NCBI GenBank assembly: GCA_963665615.2
Contig: CAXXQE010000005.1
Location: forward strand, 1-63,483
Length of the DNA stretch: 63,483 bases
Direction of reading: 5' to 3'
DNA from: Syntrophales bacterium
GTDB lineage: Bacteria > Desulfobacterota > Syntrophia > Syntrophales > UBA4778
A model generated the notes under the pieces. It had not been told where the DNA came from. It made no database searches and worked only from the letters and a program-made list of their open reading frames with translations. A program made the position numbers and the translations under genes. The stretch's first letter is position 1. Every line of letters begins with the position of its first letter. Of the stretch, positions 46,101 through 53,752 are shown piece by piece.

Positions 46101-48460
46101 TAGAGTTCCCTTGGGGAAAGCAGGAGTTCTGGGGCAATTGGCATGTTTATATATGGTTCATAGGGCAACCCACCGTGTCCCGACCATTAGAGTGTGCTTT
46201 CCTAGCACTTGGCTACTGGGCGTTTAAGCAGATCCAGGGTGGCCAATCTTCGGACGAGATCATCCGGGCTGTAGTTGAGGGCAATGAATGCTATGCTGTT
46301 CTTGGACTAGCACTCGTTCTAGCACTTGAGACCTACAACGTGTCCGAAGCAACTTTTCCAATCGTGACTTGTCAGCGCTTATGGCGCCACGACATTGCTC
46401 GCTTTGGACAAGAACCAACGCGAGACATCGATCTTCTAGGCGTTGGGTACCTTGCGCACCTTACCGGTGATAAAGCGAAAGCCAAGGAATTTCTTGATTC
46501 ACGTCAGAGTCGCAAGCGTGAGATTCGTGAGCTCGCCATGAGATTCGCGTTAACTGCCGACGAAGGCCTTCGCCAACACTTCAAGGAAGCAATCACACGC
46601 TTTCCAGATAATTTACCTTATGAGGTTGAAGAGCAGCGCTCTAATGTTGGCGTTACGGCGGAGATGAAAGAGCAGGCGGAGCAATGGGCGGGCCTTGGCG
46701 ATATAGTCAATTATCGCAGGAGTCAAACCGAAGCTAACGAGTTTTTGATATCTTATGAGTCCCCGAAGCCGTTAACAGCTGCGCAAGAAGAACGCCTTAA
46801 GGAGAGCACCACTTCATTGCAGGAGTACAGTGTCATTGAATGGGCAATGAGGTCGCTTCAGGACAACGCACTTGTAGACCGTCTGAGCTTGACTGACGCA
46901 GTGGCTTTCGCGCAAACGCGAGATAACGATACCATTTTTATCAAACGAAAAGAAACAGGAGAACACGCAGCACAATCGACAATTTCCGCAGTTGCCGCAA
47001 TTGTCATCCGCTTTGGTCCTCATGGAGGTAAAGACTATGATTGGGCATGGGATGTCATGGACCGTGTTGCAGCTATGGAAGAACCGGAGAATACCTTCTT
47101 CGGCTCCGAGATACCTTGGCATCCGGCTAATCATCTTATTGTTGCCTTAGTTCATGACCGCCGTTCAAGTCTGCCGCGTGAGGACTCGATCCAGAGACTC
47201 TTCGAGCTGACCGCCCACCCAATGAGAAGTGTAGCCCAGTTCGCGTTCTGTGGGCTCTTTATGGATTCTGACGAGCATGTGCAGTGGGTCGCTGCCCACC
47301 TTGCCATGGACCTCTCGCTCTACTATCGATTTGAGATTAAGGAGAATGGTGATCGCGATCAAACGGTTGATCGGAACGCGCGAAGGCAGAGTCTCGCCCG
47401 TGCACTCGAACGGTTGGGAGCGATGACGGACGTGCCGTTAACATCCGTACCGCCAGCATGGGTTGAGGCGACGGGAAAACGGCGTTATGGCCGGTCTGAA
47501 GAAGAGGCCAGATGGGACGACGCATACCCGATGTTCGATGCGTCGTTCGCAACGCAAATATTTCCACGGTTCCCTATCGAGAACTGGTGTCAATCGTGCC
47601 TCTATAAGCCGATGATTGCGGTGAGCTTCCAGGAGCTTGTTAGGTGGACGGCCGAGCGGCTTATGCCACCATGGCTTATGACCAATCGAAGCCGGAGATC
47701 ATACACCGCGGCCTCGCTCACCGAGTGGAATGCCGTCCTGGGCGACTTACTGGCACGAGCAGCACCATTTTTCGAGACCGAGTTTGTACGTAAGGAATTC
47801 CTGGCACCTTTCCTGACGGAGGATAAGGAAGGTTTAGCTGTATTGGCTGAATTTGCTAATAAGACAGTGACAAGACAGATTCTCGATGCAACGACGATTC
47901 CGGCAAATACCTTCGATCTATTGAACGACTGCGTTGATCGCGTTGTCCGTGACCCTTGCTTCGAGCCAAAGAGGTACCGGGCAGGTGAAGTTTACGGGTA
48001 TGATTTACCTAAACTAATCAAGGCGTTGCTCTTTGTGCCTATCGATAAAGATGCTCCAGGCGCCACTCGCTTCGCCAACGGCGACTGGTCACAGATCAGT
48101 ATGATTATGCCAATCGTAGCCAAGCTGATTACTGCTACAGGCTGGTCGACATATGTTATGCAGCACTATTTGACGCTTTGCGAAAGGGCTGGCCTCGAGT
48201 ATCCTCTGGCCGAGTTTGCAGACCAAGCCAATGCAATTCTCGACTCGCTCTCAGATAATGCCAAGGTCAACTGGTCCGGGACCATGCTACTAGCCCGCAC
48301 CGCAGCGACGGTCCAACGCCTTGCCGATGCCAATTTTCCGCTTGATACTGATAATGCGCGAAAGTTGCTCAAGGTACTCGATTCGCTGATTGACATGGGC
48401 GATCGCCGTAGCGTTACACTAGAGCAAGCCGAAGCCTTTCGGGGCATTCAGAGGCCATGA
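43112..48460 (+). CDS. Large nuclease-STAND NTPase (Avs/AVAST-like antiphage candidate)
   Basis: N-terminal GFTYE...DDIVV...LQAK PD-(D/E)xK-like motif, Walker A GLPGCGKS, Walker B ILFIDGID, long helical C-terminus; 1782 aa. Confidence 0.75.
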   Translation: MGMKAMCKEERHQATSTELTGGLGFTYEDTVVGYYLASLLREERAAGLNGIVKSVAVQQAGHGYPMDDIVVEFDDDGSLRKLSLQAKRTITISAAVTNTDFRDIISCSVSTRLTSGFNVDLDAYGFVVENVAKDPFRTLNRLIEWAKSSPSGEDFARRFAPGGTAAAPERSLRDELSPLIGIRSSDDERNFYAQFVALNLNGLTEGGFLRTEVINRLQELVAANKDGHDLLLFDRLCRIARDGAGTARKWTRQTLLAELRDVLRLKIAPNYLRDINLLQVFSAAGMADISEEIAGFRVERSSLEVSINNRFVEHRLVNITGLPGCGKSAMLKHVASIDAANGPILFLKSDRLAGNNWLTFAAALGLQHHDVAGLLAEIGATGTPILFIDGIDRVKPDQKNIITDILRVIEENQHLAAWKVLASSRDQGLEAYRAWFPPSFYRGSGIGDVTINAFSDEEAEILAKERPNLRRLLFGAKNVKEIARRPFFAAVLARSFPDDSTTPQTEIDLISAWWARAGHDAPKEAVPQRQRALLDLVEKGVRNLGKGIQARGLKDSTFEQIQGLIDDFVIHYHDEEASYSYTHDIFFEWVFSRYLIELGDDWTHGLADAGEPPLLGRVVGLLAQNALTSPGKWSAGYRNLERKPLRPQWRREWLTAPPFTPAFAQGYHEFQNLLVENNYVLFEKLLVWFQAQHTIPSPIVLQNSANAVEGLDVINMADLLGWPSDFESWGRFLGWLLPLAPSLPTRLFPNILEIVSVWQNVFADMKNPLSSAIINICASWLIELEIIEYSEHPISDYGPWGMLNGEARSGLVSALRSTIMRSARSYPAPAIALFKRALANEHMRRASYSNLMGFTPTMADVEPELVVAVAKAELMEELPQERIDREKREDREYVEFLKRLRAIPEEKRTEDQKRALQHIHMPIGHNQIDHDDIGIVQHHNYYFPASPIHEPFASLFAKKPEAALGLVRDLTNHATKGWRQIQLLNHDRMGTPISLILEFPWGKQEFWGNWHVYIWFIGQPTVSRPLECAFLALGYWAFKQIQGGQSSDEIIRAVVEGNECYAVLGLALVLALETYNVSEATFPIVTCQRLWRHDIARFGQEPTRDIDLLGVGYLAHLTGDKAKAKEFLDSRQSRKREIRELAMRFALTADEGLRQHFKEAITRFPDNLPYEVEEQRSNVGVTAEMKEQAEQWAGLGDIVNYRRSQTEANEFLISYESPKPLTAAQEERLKESTTSLQEYSVIEWAMRSLQDNALVDRLSLTDAVAFAQTRDNDTIFIKRKETGEHAAQSTISAVAAIVIRFGPHGGKDYDWAWDVMDRVAAMEEPENTFFGSEIPWHPANHLIVALVHDRRSSLPREDSIQRLFELTAHPMRSVAQFAFCGLFMDSDEHVQWVAAHLAMDLSLYYRFEIKENGDRDQTVDRNARRQSLARALERLGAMTDVPLTSVPPAWVEATGKRRYGRSEEEARWDDAYPMFDASFATQIFPRFPIENWCQSCLYKPMIAVSFQELVRWTAERLMPPWLMTNRSRRSYTAASLTEWNAVLGDLLARAAPFFETEFVRKEFLAPFLTEDKEGLAVLAEFANKTVTRQILDATTIPANTFDLLNDCVDRVVRDPCFEPKRYRAGEVYGYDLPKLIKALLFVPIDKDAPGATRFANGDWSQISMIMPIVAKLITATGWSTYVMQHYLTLCERAGLEYPLAEFADQANAILDSLSDNAKVNWSGTMLLARTAATVQRLADANFPLDTDNARKLLKVLDSLIDMGDRRSVTLEQAEAFRGIQRP

Positions 48461-48599
48461 AAACATGAATCTGTGCTCTCATAAATAATTGCAGTTCAGT
48501 ACTATATAAACAGCATCAATGCCGGACCATGAATGCAACGAAAGACAACTGCGCAATCTCAACAGGAGTTATTCGCGGTTTACGAAAAACAGGAGGGGC

Positions 48600-49115
48600 A
48601 TGAGACTATATCTTGTAACATTGACGACGATATTACTCGTCATATTCTGTAAGGTAAGCGAGGCAGATCCACAACACGATTTACTCATTAACAAGCTTGA
48701 TCATAAGATTATAACACGTAATTTACCCCTCCAGGAGAAAGAAATTTTCAAGAGCGGCAATGGTCGCGTGAAACAATTATGGAAGATAAGAGGTCCATTG
48801 ATAGGCAATTTTGAAATAATCGGGAACAATCAAAATGATGCCGACTCAATAGGCTGGAATTGTTCTGAGTATGATAAACAAGGAACTCGATTAAAGGCAT
48901 CAGATCCGAAAAGATCATGCCATAAGTTCTTCGTAAAAGTGCTTAAGAACATCGTGACATCTCCAGAAGCATTAGCCATTCAATTACTTACACAAGGTGA
49001 AGCATCGAGACTTAGGGTCGCCATTTATAAATTCCATCCTGGAGATATAAGCATTGAGACAGATGGGGAATTTTACGCAGTGCGACGTATTTCTCGTATG
49101 AATAGCAACTTCTAG
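48600..49115 (+). CDS. Hypothetical exported protein
   Basis: AGGAGG RBS; signal peptide MRLYLVTLTTILLVIFCKVSEA. Confidence 0.65.
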   Translation: MRLYLVTLTTILLVIFCKVSEADPQHDLLINKLDHKIITRNLPLQEKEIFKSGNGRVKQLWKIRGPLIGNFEIIGNNQNDADSIGWNCSEYDKQGTRLKASDPKRSCHKFFVKVLKNIVTSPEALAIQLLTQGEASRLRVAIYKFHPGDISIETDGEFYAVRRISRMNSNF

Positions 49116-49159
49116 AGGATCTGGAATCATCATTAGCAACATTACGGAGGTGGAATGGA

Positions 49160-50488
49160 ATGGCTGATCTTTTTTCGGAGGCCCGATGGATAGGAGAGTT
49201 CTTTCTTCCGGGCTCCCACGAAAACCGTTTCTCCGGCGAAATTCACTACTCTCCAGCAGAGGGTGTAATCCTCTCATACAGTATTACTGGGCAGGATGTC
49301 CCGGCTGTCACGGACGTTCTTCACGGAATCCTTTCTACAGGTGACAAATGCACTCTTATTGGCCAGTTCTCTCCAGCCCAGGCTGGAACTAATTTTCGCA
49401 CCGATTTAATAACACGCAGTGGTAAGACTGGATTCCAATTCCTCACAATAGGAGATTTTCTTGATCATGATGAGCAATTTGCTGATATCGACTTCTCACT
49501 AACCAACTTACAAGAGTTTTTTTATCCAAGAGGTGCCAAAGATTTAGTTAAGTACTCTGAAATACCTCTCTATTCTGTGACTACGCCATTCGGAAAAATG
49601 GAGGTCTACAATGCTGCGACATTTGGCTATTTACACAGTGATATATCGTCTCGCATCTATAGTCGCGACCCAGTTGCATTAGACGCACTGAGTCAGGCAT
49701 TTAAGGACATAGAGGCCAAGTATCCTCAGGCATCCTTCATGATCAAGGAGGACATCGCCTATCGCATTTCCTTTGAGTTTGCACCGAGGCTTACCATTCG
49801 AGATGCGTACCGGCACATTATTAGTCTTTCAAACTTATTTGCTATACTCATTTACAGCCCAGTATATCCGGAATGCATTAACCTGAACAAGCCAGGCACA
49901 GACAATCTTCCCATAACGATTCAGATTTGCCCATCGATGGTGCTCGACCCACGAACGATAAATCTTTTAAATACCCGCAATTATATTCATCAGCATATGC
50001 CGATCACTCAATCGACCGTACCATTTGATTCCATCGTGTCTACTTGGATGCAAGAACCTCAGAGTCATTCGACTATCGTTTCAAGCATTCAGAAAGAAAC
50101 TGGATTCCGTAACGAACATTCAGCCCACGGAGAAATTGTCCTTTTTGCTACCCAGCTTGAATCGATCAGTTTTGCTGCTGGGAAGAGGGATAAGCCGAAG
50201 TATGAATACCCATTGGAAAAATATGCCTGCCAAAGGGTCCGCGATAGGATAATGAAGGCATTCGGGAAGGCTACGGTGGAAGAAACAGCGAAAGCGATCG
50301 GAGAACTTCGCAATGAAATGGCTCATGTGGGAAGACCTAAGCAGAGGTTGGCAACGTTGACTCTTCGTGAATTAGTGCAAATCTCCCGGTATCTTCAATT
50401 GACCATCATCGGATACATACTGACCAATATCGGAGTGCCAACACATGTGATTATTGCATACCAAGAAAGGTACTGCTCTGATGAATAA
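49160..50488 (+). CDS. ApeA-like HEPN RNase (defence candidate)
   Basis: W.GEFFLP....FSG.I.YSP..G..L ApeA-type N-terminus; HEPN Rx4H motif RNEMAH. Confidence 0.75.
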   Translation: MADLFSEARWIGEFFLPGSHENRFSGEIHYSPAEGVILSYSITGQDVPAVTDVLHGILSTGDKCTLIGQFSPAQAGTNFRTDLITRSGKTGFQFLTIGDFLDHDEQFADIDFSLTNLQEFFYPRGAKDLVKYSEIPLYSVTTPFGKMEVYNAATFGYLHSDISSRIYSRDPVALDALSQAFKDIEAKYPQASFMIKEDIAYRISFEFAPRLTIRDAYRHIISLSNLFAILIYSPVYPECINLNKPGTDNLPITIQICPSMVLDPRTINLLNTRNYIHQHMPITQSTVPFDSIVSTWMQEPQSHSTIVSSIQKETGFRNEHSAHGEIVLFATQLESISFAAGKRDKPKYEYPLEKYACQRVRDRIMKAFGKATVEETAKAIGELRNEMAHVGRPKQRLATLTLRELVQISRYLQLTIIGYILTNIGVPTHVIIAYQERYCSDE

Positions 50489-50514
50489 TTCATCTCTATT
50501 ATCTGGGGGGGGTA

Positions 50515-51060
50515 ATGAGAAAATCACCTTTTCTTCTGGCGCTATTCCTGTTTTTCTTTTCTTCCGTCGCATATGGATTCCGTTTAGGCGACCCCATTTC
50601 CAGCATCGATGTAAGAGATCGAGGGAGAATCATTGTCCAGCAGGTCGACCAATTTGGAAATCCTCCACGTGCCGGCGCGATGGGATTTAATACAAAGGGC
50701 CTTTTTGGCGCCGCGCCCAACGAAAATCCCTCAGCGCAGCAATTCTTCTCCGGGATAAAAGAAATGCTTCCAAAAGATTACATCCTTACGTCCGCGTATC
50801 AAAATAAGACTAATTATACTAAAGAAATATATTTGTTTGCATCAAACTCGTTGAAAAATGTCCCGGGGATTAAAAGCTATTTCAAATACCAAAAGGATGA
50901 AGTGTTTCATAATCCAGGAGACCCTATAGGCACTTTCATGGTGATAATCACTTACGATATCCAAGATCCTCAACGTATTGCTGCATGCCATATTGCCCTT
51001 GGAATTCCTCACACAGATCTGACAAGCATGAAGAAGGTAAGAAAGAACCCTTTCAAGTAA
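50515..51060 (+). CDS. Hypothetical exported protein
   Basis: Signal peptide MRKSPFLLALFLFFFSSVAYG. Confidence 0.65.
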   Translation: MRKSPFLLALFLFFFSSVAYGFRLGDPISSIDVRDRGRIIVQQVDQFGNPPRAGAMGFNTKGLFGAAPNENPSAQQFFSGIKEMLPKDYILTSAYQNKTNYTKEIYLFASNSLKNVPGIKSYFKYQKDEVFHNPGDPIGTFMVIITYDIQDPQRIAACHIALGIPHTDLTSMKKVRKNPFK

Positions 51061-51140
51061 CATTCATTTAGGTTACGGACTGGTAAGATGGACGGATGGC
51101 AATGCTTCCGGACGATGCCGCGAGTTATGTCGCAATACTG

Positions 51141-52463
51141 TCACTCTTGAAATTCCGGACCCGGGAGATGGATCAGCGGTAGCCCCAGGTGCCTCCGTTG
51201 GGTCTCCCCGGGGAGCATCGTCTTTTCCCGCGCCGTCGGCTCTCCTCGTTTTCCCTTCCCTTGGGCCTCAATGAGGTGCGACGCTCCGAGGTGGACGACA
51301 TGCTTCCCATATCTCCCGCTCAGGATATCCATGGCCGCGTAGGCATCCTGGATCTTCTCCGCATGGAGGGGATCTTCAAAGAGAGAATACTGGACATTCG
51401 CGTCGGGAACGAGGTTCAGAAGGACGACACCCGTCGCCCGATAGAGCTGGTTCCGTCGGAAAAGGTCCCGGAAAAGCTCACGCAAGATGCTGGCCATCTC
51501 CAGGGGACAGTTGGACGGGCGGTCGAGCCGTATCTCCGCAACGGCGCCGCAGAAATTCTGCAGCCTCAGATACGCCACGAGCCCTTTCGCCGCCAGCTTG
51601 TAGCGCCGGGCCTTGATGCAGGCAGACTCCAGGTTCCGGTGGAGATGGGCATGGAGATAGGCCTCGTCAGCCGTCGGCGGGGCGAAGGTCTTGGTCTTGC
51701 TGATCGAGGCATAGGCCGTCTTTTCCTCCGGCGAGACATGGAGTACCGAATTTCCCCGAAGCTCCTGCCATATCTCCCGGCCCGGCTTCGTCAGGCGCTT
51801 CTTGACCAGCTCCTCGGGCCAACGAGCGAAATCCAGCGCCGTCCGCACGCCGTGCTTGTTGAGGTAGCTCGTCGTCGCCGGCCCGATCCCCCAAATCTTG
51901 CCGATAGGGAGATCCTGAAGGTAGCGAGCAATTTCCTTGCCCGGGATGACTGTGAATCCCGTCGGCTTCCGCCACTTGGAGGCGATCTTCGCCAGGACTT
52001 TCGTGATGCTCAGGCCCACCGAGACCTTAATACCCAGCTCCTTTACGATAGCTTCCTGAATCCGCCGGGCAATGGTCTCATAGGAGCCCCGCAGTGCTCG
52101 ACGCATCCCCGTCAGGTTACAGAAAGCTTCGTCGACGGAATACTCTTCCACGTCCGGCGTAAAGCGCCGCATGATATTGAACATCCGCCGGGAAAAGAGG
52201 CTGTAGGTCTCGTAATCGGAGGGCAGGATGACAAGCGCCGGGCAGAGCCTTTTCGCGTCCCGCAGGGTGATTCCCCGCTTGATTCCGAGAGCCTTCGCCG
52301 GATAGCTCGCGCAAGCGATGATGCCTCGTTCGGCTCCGGTGACAATGGGTTTCCCCTGAAGCTCCGGATGGATTACCTCCTCGCAGGAAGTGAAGAAGGC
52401 GTCGGCATCGATGTGGACGATCGCCGTCCGCAGGGAGGAGGTGGTGAAGAATAGCTCGTTCAT
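51141..52463 (-). CDS. Y-family translesion DNA polymerase (DinB/UmuC-like)
   Basis: HIDADAFF, ASY.AK, YSVDEAF, IWGIG. Confidence 0.95.
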   Translation of the reverse strand: MNELFFTTSSLRTAIVHIDADAFFTSCEEVIHPELQGKPIVTGAERGIIACASYPAKALGIKRGITLRDAKRLCPALVILPSDYETYSLFSRRMFNIMRRFTPDVEEYSVDEAFCNLTGMRRALRGSYETIARRIQEAIVKELGIKVSVGLSITKVLAKIASKWRKPTGFTVIPGKEIARYLQDLPIGKIWGIGPATTSYLNKHGVRTALDFARWPEELVKKRLTKPGREIWQELRGNSVLHVSPEEKTAYASISKTKTFAPPTADEAYLHAHLHRNLESACIKARRYKLAAKGLVAYLRLQNFCGAVAEIRLDRPSNCPLEMASILRELFRDLFRRNQLYRATGVVLLNLVPDANVQYSLFEDPLHAEKIQDAYAAMDILSGRYGKHVVHLGASHLIEAQGKGKRGEPTAREKTMLPGETQRRHLGLPLIHLPGPEFQE

Positions 52464-52482
52464 GGCGATTTCGATTTACGTT

Positions 52483-52920
52483 CTACCGGTGATACTTTCG
52501 GACGACACCCGTGATGACGCCCGCCAGCTTCATCTCCGTCCTGGGGCTGATGGCGGGGTACTTCGGGTTGGCGGCCTCCAGGACGACATTCCGGCCGCGG
52601 CGGGTGAAATACTTCATAGTCCAATCCCCGTCGATCTGGGCGACGACAATGTCGCCATGCTTCGGGGATATGCCCTTCTCCATGACCACCAGGTCGCCGT
52701 CCAAGATGCCGGCGCCATTCATCGAATCGCCGGTTACCACCAAGAGGAAAGACTGGCCAGGTCTCACGCACAGGTACTGATCGATCGAGATGATGTCCCG
52801 CAGCGCCTCCTCTTCCGGCGACGGGAATCCAGCGGTAACGGATCCAATGACAGGCAAGGGCTCGAGTGTTCGTTCTCTGTTCATGACCCACGGCATATAG
52901 CACGATCGTACTATTGTCAT
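52483..52920 (-). CDS. umuD: UmuD-like S24 peptidase
   Basis: AGFPSP cleavage site, GDSM catalytic Ser, TMK Lys; no LexA HTH. Confidence 0.88.
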   Translation of the reverse strand: MTIVRSCYMPWVMNRERTLEPLPVIGSVTAGFPSPEEEALRDIISIDQYLCVRPGQSFLLVVTGDSMNGAGILDGDLVVMEKGISPKHGDIVVAQIDGDWTMKYFTRRGRNVVLEAANPKYPAISPRTEMKLAGVITGVVRKYHR

Positions 52921-53087
52921 GTGTCATCGTATTGCACAGTCTAATCACTGCTCTATATTAATCGTACAGCCAAAAAAAAATTATTTCAGACCTCTACCCA
53001 CCTACTCCAGCATATTTGTTGGAGTTTTTTGTTTTGGTAGTTTTGGGTTCAGTATTTTTTTTGATTGAAATGCATTTTTTTCCCGTT

Positions 53088-53142
53088 GGAGGGTGACACC
53101 CCGTGGATATGTATGTAGGAGGGCAAAAAAATGAATGATCGG
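53088..53142 (+). repeat. 55-bp perfect inverted repeat, copy B
   Basis: GGAGGGTGACACCCCGTGGATATGTATGTAGGAGGGCAAAAAAATGAATGATCGG. Confidence 0.92.
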
Positions 53143-53230
53143 GGTGCGTGGTTTGAAACGAGTGCAAGAACGGCAACTCGAACGGTAAACTAGAGCGCAC
53201 CTTCCGCCGCAGCGCGACTACAGCGAAAAC
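53142..53230 (+). CRISPR. CRISPR-like mini-array B (half repeat / 34-nt spacer / degenerate repeat)
   Basis: GGGTGCGTGGTTTGAAAC (17/18 to the repeat 3' part) + gagtgcaagaacggcaactcgaacggtaaactag + AGCGCACCTTCCGCCGCAGCGCGAC. Confidence 0.7.
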
Positions 53231-53280
53231 ACACCGACTCACCTGCGGAGGAGGGGCACAAAAACATCAGGAGGATTACG

Positions 53281-53448
53281 ATGACTATGGAAGGCACAGA
53301 CAAAAATCAAGATGCTGAAAAACTCCCCTGTGAAGACAAATCCCGGGATAAGGAATATCACTGGAAGTGCCCCGATTGCGGGATTGAAAACGCTATTGTG
53401 TGGTTCTGCTGCGGCGAATGCGGCCATATAAATTGGCCGGAGGAGTGA
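53281..53448 (+). CDS. 55-aa zinc-ribbon protein (below the ORF-track cutoff)
   Basis: AGGAGG RBS; WKCPDCGIEN....CCGECG. Confidence 0.65.
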   Translation: MTMEGTDKNQDAEKLPCEDKSRDKEYHWKCPDCGIENAIVWFCCGECGHINWPEE

Positions 53449-53522
53449 ATAAGAGAAAATCTAAGAAATCACCAAGTAGATCGAAATCTAAAGAACAAGG
53501 AAAAAAAAATTTATTGGCGTCA

Positions 53523-53544
53523 GAGGGTGACACCCCGTGGATAT
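53523..53544 (+). promoter_or_regulatory. Third copy of the GAGGGTGACACCCCGTGGATAT motif
   Basis: 22/22 identical to the core of the 55-bp repeat. Confidence 0.8.
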
Positions 53545-53587
53545 ATGAATAGATGGCATCTTTATTAACGCAGCAGTCGAGAGGCAT

Positions 53588-53752
53588 ATGATGACCCCGA
53601 CGGAAGAACAAGAACTACTCCAAAAAGTACGGGAAATATACCGATACCTCAACATCGGCGGGGATACCATCATCTCAATGGAGAAAACAAAAGAACAGAT
53701 AGAAAATGACGTCTTGCTCTGGAGAGCAAAAAAGCTTAGAAAGATAGAATGA
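53588..53752 (+). CDS. 54-aa protein coupled to the integrase (ATGA overlap); RDF/regulator candidate
   Basis: MMTPTEEQELLQKVREIYRYLNIGG...WRAKKLRKIE; its stop overlaps the integrase start. Confidence 0.55.
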   Translation: MMTPTEEQELLQKVREIYRYLNIGGDTIISMEKTKEQIENDVLLWRAKKLRKIE

